From the NCBI GenBank assembly GCA_001805105.1, contig MHEE01000012.1:171127-235126 (forward strand): a DNA stretch of 64,000 nt. Direction: 5' to 3'. The position numbers and the translations under genes are program-made. The stretch's first letter is position 1, and every line of letters begins with the position of its first letter. Positions 54,244 to 63,211 of the stretch are shown here, piece by piece. The stretch is from Nitrospirae bacterium GWF2_44_13. Its GTDB lineage: Bacteria > Nitrospirota > Thermodesulfovibrionia > Thermodesulfovibrionales > UBA1546. The notes beneath the pieces were generated by a model that had not been told where the DNA came from, did no database searches, and was given only the letters and a program-made list of their open reading frames with translations.

Positions 54244-54693
54244 TTATAAGTTTTGTTTTTCGTTTTTCCATTTTTCTATTTCACTTTCAATATTCCGTAC
54301 TATTCTGCCTGGGACGCCTGCTACAAGGGAATATGGCGGTATTACAGTTCCTTCCGTAATCACGGTCCCTGCCGCAATAATACTATGATGACCTATATGA
54401 ACACCTATTAGTATAGTTGAATGCTCTCCAATAAAAACATAGTCTTCTACGACAGTCTCAGATTTTTCAACTTCGTTGTATTCTCTTTCTGTCACGCAAC
54501 GCTTTACAGTTGAATGAGTGATTATATGGACGCCGCAGCTTATATTACAGCATCTACCAATTCTTAATCCTCCTATACCATCAATAACAGTAAAAGCCCC
54601 AATCCACGTTCCTTCCCCAATCTCAGGATTATTTATAATCCATGCATGGGGATTATATTTGTTAGGAGAAATTCCATGCTCATCAAATGTCAT
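54244..54693 (-). CDS. Left-handed beta-helix (hexapeptide) acyl/acetyltransferase
   Basis: Start set to ATG 54693 (ATGA overlap with the upstream stop). Hexapeptide repeats IGEGTWIGAFTVIDG..., IGEHSTILIGVHIGHHSIIAAGTVI. Confidence 0.7.
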   Translation of the reverse strand: MTFDEHGISPNKYNPHAWIINNPEIGEGTWIGAFTVIDGIGGLRIGRCCNISCGVHIITHSTVKRCVTEREYNEVEKSETVVEDYVFIGEHSTILIGVHIGHHSIIAAGTVITEGTVIPPYSLVAGVPGRIVRNIESEIEKWKNEKQNL

Positions 54694-55814
54694 TGCAATA
54701 CCTCTTTTATGCATTGTATAACATATGCCTGTTCCTCCACTGTCATTGTTGGATACAAAGGAAGCAGGATTGTATTTTTTGTAACGTGCTCAACTCCGGG
54801 CAAAGGAACATAGTATTTTTTATAGCACTCCTCCATATGAATCGCCATAATCCCTCTTCTTGTCGCTATGCCCTTTTTAAGTAGCCTCCGCATTAAATCA
54901 TCACGTGATACAGGCGAGGTGTCAAGCAATTCAACCCAGTATGATTGATAATTAGGGAAGGCGTAGTCAGGGATTTTAGGGACTTTTAGACATGGGATTT
55001 TTCTTAATTCCGTATTATAAAGATCTGATATCTGTCTTCTTCTTTTTATAATAAATAGCAGTCTTTTAAGCTGTTCTATGCCTATCGCAGCTTGAATATC
55101 GGTCATCCTATAGTTATATCCAATTTCTGGATACATTTCTATTATAACTTTGTCTGCCGTGTGCCTTTCAATATCGGATACTGACATGCCGTGATGACGG
55201 AACCTTCTTAATCTTTCTGCAATCACCTGATTGTCGGTTGTTATCATTCCACCTTCTCCAGTTGTTATAATCTTTCTCGGATGAAAGCTGAAACATGCAA
55301 TGTTGCCATGTCCTCCTATTTTCTTGCCCCTATATTCAGACCCGATAGCACATGCTGCATCTTCTATAAGCACAAGACCGCGCTTCTTACATAAATCCAT
55401 TATCTGGTTAAGGTCAACAGGAAGTCCCATCTGGTGGACAGGCATAACAGCCTTTGTCTTTTTGGTAATAATCTTCTCAATCGTCTCTACTGTAACATTA
55501 CAAGTATCAGGGTCAATATCCGCGAAAACAGGTATCGCACCTGCATGCACTACTGAGTTCGCGGTTGCTATAAAAGACAAGGAAGGCACAATAACCTCAT
55601 CTCCTGTGCTTATGCCTGATACCACAAGCGCAGCGTGAAGAGCCGTAGTGCATGACGTTGTTGCAACCGCATATTTCGCGCCAACATATAGGGCAAACAT
55701 CTCTTCGAATTCTTTAACCTTGGGCCCCTGTGAAACCCAGCCCGAACGGATAGCTTCAGCTGCTGCGGTTTCTTCTTCAATGCCTAAATAAGGCTTTGCA
55801 ATCGGTATATTCAT
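54690..55814 (-). CDS. DegT-family PLP sugar aminotransferase (ArnB-like position)
   Basis: FSFHPRKIITTGEGG, GDEVIVPSLSF, EDAACA. Confidence 0.85.
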   Translation of the reverse strand: MNIPIAKPYLGIEEETAAAEAIRSGWVSQGPKVKEFEEMFALYVGAKYAVATTSCTTALHAALVVSGISTGDEVIVPSLSFIATANSVVHAGAIPVFADIDPDTCNVTVETIEKIITKKTKAVMPVHQMGLPVDLNQIMDLCKKRGLVLIEDAACAIGSEYRGKKIGGHGNIACFSFHPRKIITTGEGGMITTDNQVIAERLRRFRHHGMSVSDIERHTADKVIIEMYPEIGYNYRMTDIQAAIGIEQLKRLLFIIKRRRQISDLYNTELRKIPCLKVPKIPDYAFPNYQSYWVELLDTSPVSRDDLMRRLLKKGIATRRGIMAIHMEECYKKYYVPLPGVEHVTKNTILLPLYPTMTVEEQAYVIQCIKEVLQ

Positions 55815-56818
55815 TTGGGAGTCTCCCAGTTAAAAACAATATCTTCTTTCATCAAATTTGCCGTATTATATCCCTGAGATATAAACCAGCTTATAAACAT
55901 ATCAAGCCCTTTATCAATCCCTATTTCTGCCCTGAATCCAAAAAGCCTTTCTGCCTTCTTAACTCCTGCAAAATGCCTCTTAACATCACCCGGTCTTTCT
56001 TTTTCAAAAACCTGTTTTATGTGAGGCTTGCCAAGCTTTTTGTAAATCTTTTCAGCAAGCTCTTTTATGCTGACCTCTTCGCCGCGAGCAATATTAACGG
56101 TCTGTCCAATCATCTCATCACATCCGGACGCCTTGATAATCCCTTTTACCGTATCAGCAACATAGGTAAAATCCCTTGTCTGCAACCCGTCCCCAAAAAT
56201 AACAGGGGGCTGATCATTAAGCGCCCTAAGGACAAATTTGGGAATCACCTCGCCGTATGCGCCTTCAAAGTGTTCCCTCGGCCCATAGGTATTGAATGGG
56301 ATGACAACCATTGATTGCATGCCGTATGTCCTGTGATACGCAAGTGCATATTTCTCGCCGGCGAGCTTGCTTGCCCCATATATAGTAGTGGGTTCACAAG
56401 GATGCGTCTCGTCCATGGGGACATTAACAGCCGTGCCGTATACCTCTGAAGACGATACATACACAAACCTTTTTACAGAATTCTTAAGCGCAGCCATGCA
56501 CAGATTCAAAGTTCCAGTAGCATTGACCTCATGGTTAATTTCGGGGTCGTTAATTGAAACCCTGAGGCATTGAACAGCAAGATGATAAATAACATCTACT
56601 CCTTTTGTAATGCTAAACAAAAGATTTTTATCTCTTACATCTCCTTCTATAATTTCAACGTTATCTTTTCCAGCATAATGAGCTACATTCTTCTTTTTAC
56701 CTGATGAAAAATTGTCAAGGATTACAATATGGTTGTCTATGACAAGCTCATCCACAAGATTGCTGCCGATGAAACCGGCCCCTCCTGTAACAAGTATTTT
56801 CATGCCCTTAATCTTCAT
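55811..56818 (-). CDS. Extended SDR nucleotide-sugar epimerase/dehydratase/decarboxylase
   Basis: MKILVTGGAGFIGSNLVDELV, SSSEVYG, YGASKLAGE. Confidence 0.75.
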   Translation of the reverse strand: MKIKGMKILVTGGAGFIGSNLVDELVIDNHIVILDNFSSGKKKNVAHYAGKDNVEIIEGDVRDKNLLFSITKGVDVIYHLAVQCLRVSINDPEINHEVNATGTLNLCMAALKNSVKRFVYVSSSEVYGTAVNVPMDETHPCEPTTIYGASKLAGEKYALAYHRTYGMQSMVVIPFNTYGPREHFEGAYGEVIPKFVLRALNDQPPVIFGDGLQTRDFTYVADTVKGIIKASGCDEMIGQTVNIARGEEVSIKELAEKIYKKLGKPHIKQVFEKERPGDVKRHFAGVKKAERLFGFRAEIGIDKGLDMFISWFISQGYNTANLMKEDIVFNWETPK

Positions 56819-56821
56819 ATT

Positions 56822-57928
56822 CTAACTTCTGAAAAATTCCTTAATCTTTTCTGAGATATATACCTGATATTCCTCTTTAAGTTCAGGATACATAGGCAAT
56901 GACAATATCTCGCTGCAAGCCTTTTCTGTTTCCGGAAAATCACCTTTTCTATATCCAAAAACAGCAACTGCTTCCTGAAGATGAGCAGGATTTTTATAAT
57001 GAATGCCCGTTCCTATGCCATTTTTTGAAAGATATTTCTGCAGTTCATCTCTTCTTTGACTTCGGACTACATATAAATGATAAACATGCATCCGGCCTTT
57101 TGCCTCAACAGGAAGCTCAAGAGGGGTATCTTTCAAAAATGAATTATATATCTCTGCCCTTTCTCTTCTTTTACTGTTGTATTCATTGAGATATTTCAGC
57201 CTTATTCTCAAAATTGCAGCCTGTATCTCATCGAGCCTGCCGTTATAACCTATAACAGCATGTTCGTATTTTGATTTATGTCCGTGATTCCTGTATAAAC
57301 GTATGAACTCTGCTGTTTTTTCATTATTAGTTATGACAATGCCGCCTTCGCCGTATGTCCCAAGATTTTTTGTAAAATAAAAACTGAAACAGCCGGCGTC
57401 TCCCAGTGCCCCTGCTTTAATGCCTTTATAAAGCGCGCCATGAGCCTGACATGCGTCTTCTATTACAGAAATCCCGTATTGTTTTGAGATTTCTAATATT
57501 GGGTCTATTCCCGCTGTCTGCCCGTACATATGGACAGGGATTATTGCCTTTGTCTTTTTTGTTATCTTTTTTTCTATGTCTGCGGGGTTAATGTTATAAG
57601 TCAGCGGATCAATATCAACAAAGACCGGCCTTGCCCCTATACATGAAATCGCCTCTACTGTTGCAAAAAAGGTATGCGGCGTTGTTATGACCTCATCTCC
57701 TTCTTTTATTCCGCAGGCCAAAAGGGCAAATTGAATAGCTTCAGTCCCTGAGCCTACGCCTATTGCATATCTTGCGCCGCAAAAGGAAGCAAATTCCTTT
57801 TCGAATGCCTGACAATTCGGCCCTATATTCAGATTCATTCCATCTAAAACATCGCCGATTGCTTTCATCACTTCATCTTTTATAGGTTCAAACCCAGCTT
57901 TAAGGTCAACAAAAGGGATTTCTTTCAT
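56822..57928 (-). CDS. DegT-family PLP sugar aminotransferase (WbpE/WlbC-like position)
   Basis: Start at ATG 57928 (ATGA overlap). FSFYFTKNLGTYGEGG, GDEVITTPHTF, EDACQA. Confidence 0.8.
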   Translation of the reverse strand: MKEIPFVDLKAGFEPIKDEVMKAIGDVLDGMNLNIGPNCQAFEKEFASFCGARYAIGVGSGTEAIQFALLACGIKEGDEVITTPHTFFATVEAISCIGARPVFVDIDPLTYNINPADIEKKITKKTKAIIPVHMYGQTAGIDPILEISKQYGISVIEDACQAHGALYKGIKAGALGDAGCFSFYFTKNLGTYGEGGIVITNNEKTAEFIRLYRNHGHKSKYEHAVIGYNGRLDEIQAAILRIRLKYLNEYNSKRRERAEIYNSFLKDTPLELPVEAKGRMHVYHLYVVRSQRRDELQKYLSKNGIGTGIHYKNPAHLQEAVAVFGYRKGDFPETEKACSEILSLPMYPELKEEYQVYISEKIKEFFRS

Positions 57929-58584
57929 TTGCTTTCCTTTTCCTGATATGGCGGCCACATATATGGCTTCTCATAAAAACCTTTGGGACATGTCAACTGG
58001 TCGATTTTTTTAATAACTTTTGCAGGGTTTCCTGCAACAACACTGTCAGGGGGGACATCCTTTGTTACAACAGAACCGGCGCCTATAAGACTGTTCTTGC
58101 CGATTTTGATACCCGGGAGTATTGTGGAATTAGCTCCGATCCTGACATAGTCTTCAACTACAGCGCCACCCTTACATTCTTTGTAATGCGGACACCCCAT
58201 GGGATGAGGATCATCCGTAAAAACAACATTCGGGCCGACAAAGACATATTTGCCGATTGTTACCATCTCCAGAAAACAACTACTGTGAATCCTGCTGTAA
58301 TCGCCTATTCTGTTTCCAAATTCAAGGACAGAATTTGTTCCGATGCTTACATTATTGCCGATGAGATTATCTTCCCTGATGGATACTCCCTGACCTGTCT
58401 GAAAATAATCTCCGATTTCGCTGCCTGCGTAAACAGTGGTGAACGGCCTTATCTGCCCGTTACTGCCGATTTTTAATTCTAAATCTCCGTGCTTCGCTCC
58501 GCGGGGAGGCTTGCCGATAATGGACGGCGGCTCTATCAATGTCCCTTCACCGACAATAACGTTTGGATAGATGACATTATTCAT
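57925..58584 (-). CDS. Hexapeptide-repeat N-acetyltransferase (WbpD/WlbB-like)
   Basis: Left-handed beta-helix repeats throughout (VGEGTLIEPPSIIG..., IGANSTILPGIKIGKNSLIGAGSVV). Confidence 0.7.
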   Translation of the reverse strand: MNNVIYPNVIVGEGTLIEPPSIIGKPPRGAKHGDLELKIGSNGQIRPFTTVYAGSEIGDYFQTGQGVSIREDNLIGNNVSIGTNSVLEFGNRIGDYSRIHSSCFLEMVTIGKYVFVGPNVVFTDDPHPMGCPHYKECKGGAVVEDYVRIGANSTILPGIKIGKNSLIGAGSVVTKDVPPDSVVAGNPAKVIKKIDQLTCPKGFYEKPYMWPPYQEKESK

Positions 58585-59597
58585 ATGTTTACTTTAACGC
58601 CGCCTTTTTTCAGTGACTTACTTGCAGCTTCAAGAATTCTAACTACTCTTAGCCCTGACTCTCCGTCAGTTATAGGTTTTTTCTTGTTTTTTATGCAGTC
58701 GGCAAAATGTTCGATTTCCACTTTTAATGCCTCTATGTTTGTAATTGCAGGCGCATACATATCTCCTATCCTGTATTGCACCATGCTCTGATAAACGGAT
58801 TTCTCGTTAGCCTTTGAAAGCGTAATACCCTTATCATAAATCTTTATCTTTTCGGCCGGGTCAAGATCATCAAATACAACCATCTTCTTGCTTCCGCCGA
58901 TTATGACCTTTCGTATCTTAACAGGCGACATCCAGTTAACGTGAAAGTGGGCTATTATATTATCTCTGAATTTGACCGTAACATATGCGACATCTTCCAG
59001 CCCCCTCGGTGTATGGCTTGCACCAGTTGCAACAACGCTCACGGGTTTTTCTTCAATAATGAAATCCATAATCGAAAGGTCATGAGGGGCAAGGTCCCAG
59101 ATTACATTTACATCATGCTGAAAGAGTCCCAGATTAACCCTGACAGAATCAAAATAATACACATCTCCAAGTTCACCTGCTGATATGAAGTCCTTAATCC
59201 TCCTTATAGAGCCTGTATATATGAATGTATGGTCAACAAGAAGGGTTAAACCTTTTTTATATGCAAGATTAACAAGAGTTTCCGCCTCCCTGGCAGTTGA
59301 AGTAAAGGGCTTTTCAACAAGCACGTGCTTGCCTGACTCAAGGGCTTCTTTCACAAGTTTATAATGCGTAAAAACCGGTGTGGCCACTGCTACTGCATGA
59401 ATATCTTTATCCTTCAATAAACTCTTATAATCAGTTGTTACATTAATGGACGGATGCCTTAGTTTAATGCGTTCAAGCTTGTCGCGGCTTAAGTCGCAGG
59501 CAAATTTTATATCAGTGTTGTAATTGTCGCTGAAATTTCTGATGAGATTTGGCCCCCAGTAGCCGCAGCCTATAACGCCTACCTTTATATCCTTCAT
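58581..59597 (-). CDS. Gfo/Idh/MocA-family NAD(P) oxidoreductase (WlbA-like sugar 3-dehydrogenase position)
   Basis: MKDIKVGVIGCGYWGPNLIRNF, VLVEKPF. Confidence 0.7.
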   Translation of the reverse strand: MKDIKVGVIGCGYWGPNLIRNFSDNYNTDIKFACDLSRDKLERIKLRHPSINVTTDYKSLLKDKDIHAVAVATPVFTHYKLVKEALESGKHVLVEKPFTSTAREAETLVNLAYKKGLTLLVDHTFIYTGSIRRIKDFISAGELGDVYYFDSVRVNLGLFQHDVNVIWDLAPHDLSIMDFIIEEKPVSVVATGASHTPRGLEDVAYVTVKFRDNIIAHFHVNWMSPVKIRKVIIGGSKKMVVFDDLDPAEKIKIYDKGITLSKANEKSVYQSMVQYRIGDMYAPAITNIEALKVEIEHFADCIKNKKKPITDGESGLRVVRILEAASKSLKKGGVKVNI

Positions 59598-60322
59598 GCC
59601 TTTTTCTTTAGCTCCATGCTCAAAATCAAACCCATTGTCATATCTATATATTTTACCTCAAAGCCGAGCTTCTTATAGAAGTTCATTGCTATGCTATTAT
59701 TAGCCTGTGTTCTGACTGTGGCCGTATTCACCCCATTTTCTTTAAACCATTTTAAAGCCCTGTGCATAAGACTGGTTCCTATCCCTTTGCCCTGTGACTT
59801 GGGAATTACACCGATATGAGGTATGTCCCCTCTATTTTTAGACAGTCTTTTGCAGGTGATAAAACCGCTCTTTTCGGCAACAAATACCTTAATCGTTTTA
59901 TCTTCCACAGAATTTTCAACCCAAGCCTGATAGACCTTGTCAGCTTCTTTTTTTGTAAAAAAGGGGTCATTATAAAAACGGCTGTCTTTGAACAGTCCCC
60001 TTACGGTTGTTTTGAGCATTGGGCTATCTTTGCCTGTTGCCTCCCTTATATTAGAATTTGAGATTTGAGATTTAAGATTTGAAATATTTTTGATAATCTT
60101 TTTTTCCCATACAATACCAATATCAGTCAAATAAAATCCGTGTTTTTCGAGAAGCTGGATTTCTGCTATCTTATCCAAAATTAATCTGCATGAGAGATAT
60201 TCGTATCCTTTGTTATGCGCCTGATGAATCAGATTTTTGAGTTTCTTTCCCTGCGGGACTTTTGTTAATCTTCCGATTTTCCTGCTAAAAAATTCTGAAT
60301 CCCACTCAACTTTCTCAATCAA
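59594..60322 (-). CDS. GNAT N-acetyltransferase, WecD (TDP-fucosamine acetyltransferase)-like
   Basis: N-terminal VEWDSEFFSRKIGRL (WecD-type opening). C-terminal GNAT core HIGVIPKSQGKGIGTSLMHRAL. Confidence 0.6.
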   Translation of the reverse strand: MIEKVEWDSEFFSRKIGRLTKVPQGKKLKNLIHQAHNKGYEYLSCRLILDKIAEIQLLEKHGFYLTDIGIVWEKKIIKNISNLKSQISNSNIREATGKDSPMLKTTVRGLFKDSRFYNDPFFTKKEADKVYQAWVENSVEDKTIKVFVAEKSGFITCKRLSKNRGDIPHIGVIPKSQGKGIGTSLMHRALKWFKENGVNTATVRTQANNSIAMNFYKKLGFEVKYIDMTMGLILSMELKKKA

Positions 60323-61244
60323 GAATATGCTCCTTAATAATATAGATAGGCCTTGCCTGAACCTCCTGATATACCCTGCCGATATATTCCCCTATAATGC
60401 CGAGCATTAAAAGTTGTATTCCGCCGACGAATAGGACTGCTACAATTATTGAGGCATAGCCAAGCACAGGTATCCCGAGGAATAACTTTTTGTAGATAAA
60501 ATACAAACTATAAAACAATCCGATACCTGAACTCAGCAAGCCGATGTAAGTTGCAAGCCTGAGCGGAAAGGTCGAAAATGACGTAATGGCATTAAATGCA
60601 AGTCTGAAGAGCTTGATGACATTGTATTTGCTTTTCCCGCGCTCGCGCGGTGCGTGCTCAACTTCCTGCATGGCAGTTTTAAATCCGGTCCATGCTATCA
60701 TGCCGTGAATAAACCTTGACCGCTCTCTCATGCTGTTAAGGGCGTCAAGTATCTTCCTGTCGAATATCCTCAAAAGCGTCTGGTTTCTCGGAATGTTTAT
60801 TCCGGAAAAGCTGTTGATAAACCACCAGAATACAAAAGAAGCAAATCGCTTTAATATTGAATCCTTTTTTTCTTTTCTTATCCCGTAGACAAGCTCATAA
60901 CCTTCATTGAATTTTTTGAGAAGCTTCGGAATTTCCTCTGGCGGATCCTGCAAGTCTCCGTCCATCAATATAATTGCCTTACCTTGTGCATGATCCATGC
61001 CTGCTGTGATTGCTATATGATGTCCGAAGTTTCTTGAGAAGCTGAGTCCTTTTACTCTCGAATCCTTTTCATGCAAATCCTTTATAATCTGCCAGCTTTT
61101 ATCTGAGCTTCCGTCATCAACAAAAATAATTTCATAGGTTCCAAGCCTCTCCATAACCGTCCCCAAACGTCTGTGAAGTTCACTGACATTCTCTTCTTCA
61201 TTGTAAACCGGTATAATTATGGAAAATTCAATCATATCCTTCAC
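60315..61244 (-). CDS. GT2 polyprenyl-phosphate glycosyltransferase, ArnC/GtrB-like with two C-terminal TM helices (paralogue of 53293..54228)
   Basis: FSIIIPVYNEEENV, FVDDGSSDKS, LMDGDLQDPPEEI, RNFGHHIA. Confidence 0.8.
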   Translation of the reverse strand: MKDMIEFSIIIPVYNEEENVSELHRRLGTVMERLGTYEIIFVDDGSSDKSWQIIKDLHEKDSRVKGLSFSRNFGHHIAITAGMDHAQGKAIILMDGDLQDPPEEIPKLLKKFNEGYELVYGIRKEKKDSILKRFASFVFWWFINSFSGINIPRNQTLLRIFDRKILDALNSMRERSRFIHGMIAWTGFKTAMQEVEHAPRERGKSKYNVIKLFRLAFNAITSFSTFPLRLATYIGLLSSGIGLFYSLYFIYKKLFLGIPVLGYASIIVAVLFVGGIQLLMLGIIGEYIGRVYQEVQARPIYIIKEHILD

Positions 61245-61294
61245 TGCCTGATGGCTTTAATCGACAATATCCCTTTATACTAACCTTTTTTCTT

Positions 61295-63150
61295 CTACTT
61301 TTTAATACTTTCAATCTCACCCTCTATTTTTGCTATCATCTCCTTTACATCTAAGTCTTTAGGGTGTCTTTTCAGCGCATACTTATAAGCAGTAAGTGCA
61401 TCTCTTAGCTTCCCCATCTCATAAAAGGTCTTGCCTAAAGTTATAAGATATTTTGGATTGCTTTTATATATAGTAGCCTTATATGAGGCAACAAACACAA
61501 TTACATCGTAAACATAGTCTTTAGAAAGCCTGTATTTTGCTATAATCTCATGATTTTGGGGAATGTCCCTTATAAATATAATGGCAACATGGTCGCCATA
61601 TATGGGAACCCAGTTTTCATTGTCAGCGAGTTTTAAAAGGAGCCTCGGAACCGTTCCATAGACATCCAGAATGTCAAACAGTATAAAATTGATATTATAG
61701 TGATCTAACAATCTTTTCCAGAGAGGAGTTTTTCCCTCGGGAAGTTCTTTATTAACAATCGTCTCTACGGCATTCATCATCCATAAATGTTCTGCCTGAG
61801 TAGTTGCACTAAGCCATCTAGTATCAATAAATGTTCTTTTCCATGGATAAAGTCTCCATGTAATATAGCCGCCGTAACCAGCTTCATTGAGCATATTGCC
61901 CTGTAATCTATTTTTTTCTATGAAATCAACTGCACTTACTGGAGTAGTATGCCACCGCGCTATATCCAGTTTTAATTCTCTGGTCTTATAAATACTGGCA
62001 AAGAAAATTACAGACGACAACAACGCCACAATTGCAAAAGCATACTCCATCCTGTTCCTGAGATTATTAGACAATCTATCGAACAGATCCCGGGATAATA
62101 TATCCGTCTCTTTCCCGATAATCATTGCTGCAATCAATATGTAATAAATAACAAATCTGCCTGCTGTTGCAGCCATAACGCAGAAACCTACCAGAAGCGC
62201 TACATGTGTTAAATCCAGCTTTTTATTCCTTAAAATTAAGATGAATAAAAAAATGAAGGTCATTGCAGCATAGCCGTATGGAAACGGAGAAACCCTGCTT
62301 ATATAAGCAGAAATGGGTGAGTGATATTCCTGAATGCCCGATGTAAGGATACTATACTTAGGTGAAAAGGCAACAGAAAAAGCCTCCCATCCCGTAGGGT
62401 TTATGCAGGAAGCCAAGAAGGCTAATGACAAAGCAATATAAAAAACGATTATTTCTCGTTTATTATATGTTGCCTTTTTTAATCCAATCTTAATGCCTTC
62501 ACATAACATATAAACCAGAATGATAAAATTACCGATGATAAACCCGCCGTGAAGGTTAGACCATAGGAGCATTACGGGAAAAAGAAAAAATAAAACTGCC
62601 CAGCTTTTTTCTTTTTGGACTGCAACTCTATCCTTAAATTCTTCAAGGATAATAAATATTAAGGGGGTAAAGAGTATTGTGAACAAAACAGGACGCTCAC
62701 CCACAGCACTTGTTATTTGAAAATATACAAGAAAGATAAGGACAAATGAAACATAGAAATTTACATTCCATTTTTTAAGTCTCCAGAGGACTAACAATAT
62801 AGTCATCAATAAAATTGATGATCTGAGGATTATTATTCCTTTCGGGCCTGTGCTTTCAAAGACCAGATAAAATATAATTTGAGCAAGCCAATATTGCTTC
62901 AGTAAAAAATTTTCCCTCTCTGGTAGAAGGCTCTCATTCTCTTTTAGGTTTAAGGTATAGGAAAACGGATCTTTATCAGGGAGCTTGCCTGTTTCTACGA
63001 TATATCTGCCTGTCGCTATGTGCCACCAGAAATCGGAATCAAAAAGATTACAAGCTAAAAAAACATAATAAAAACTACCAAGAATGATAATAAAGGCTAA
63101 AACAGATAGGGTTTTTAGATTTTTTTTTTATAAAATTCAATTATTGTCAT
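61295..63150 (-). CDS. Polytopic membrane protein with C-terminal TPR (GT-C-like); reading frame broken at an A10 tract 7 codons after the ATG
   Basis: The track ORF (61295..62809, TTG start) is N-terminally incomplete. The same frame stays open to 63127 and encodes KKNLKTLSVLAFIIILGSFYYVFLACNLFDSDFWWHIATGRYIVETGKLPDKDPFSYT... with no ATG/GTG/TTG. The only upstream ATG (63150) reads ATG ACA ATA ATT GAA TTT TAT A10 TC TAA and is in the other frame; A11 or A8 would fuse them. C-terminus: LGKTFYEMGKLRDALTAYKYALKRHP (TPR). Confidence 0.6.
63120..63129 (-). repeat. A10 (plus-strand T10) homopolymer at the frame break of the membrane/TPR gene
   Basis: Plus strand 63120-63129 = TTTTTTTTTT, flanked by A at 63119 and A at 63130. 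Confidence 0.95.
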
Positions 63151-63158
63151 AAATAGTT

Positions 63159-63195
63159 AGCTATCAGGTCCGGAAGGTTCCCGGCCCTGATAGCT
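63159..63195 (-). terminator. Strong stem-loop directly after the pilin stop (terminator/attenuator-like)
   Basis: AGCTATCAGG (63159-68) pairs perfectly with CCTGATAGCT (63186-95). Inner CCGG/CCGG (63170-73 / 63181-84), 7-nt loop. In the RNA sense it is followed by AACUAUUUAUG; the hairpin ends 8 nt before ATG 63150. Confidence 0.5.
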
Positions 63196-63211
63196 TGAAC
63201 CTGTTTCCCTT

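Noticed and set aside
13201-56466. Short minus-strand ORFs nested out of frame in larger genes (e.g. 13201..13446, 15003..15224, 24261..24446, 27915..28103, 30868..31056, 32184..32390, 34121..34318, 38639..38899, 50680..50907, 51970..52161, 56245..56466; and 47023..47334 antisense to the plus-strand epimerase)
   Set aside because: They are alternative-frame overlaps of confident CDSs, with no motifs and no independent translation signals.
60054-60081. Imperfect heptanucleotide tandem repeat (AATTTG-AGATTTG-AGATTTA-AGATTTG) inside the WecD-like GNAT gene, considered as a phase-variation repeat
   Set aside because: Only about 4 units are present, interrupted by mismatches. It is in-frame as it stands and encodes a plausible linker (NLKSQISNSN). 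It is too short and imperfect for a slippage claim.
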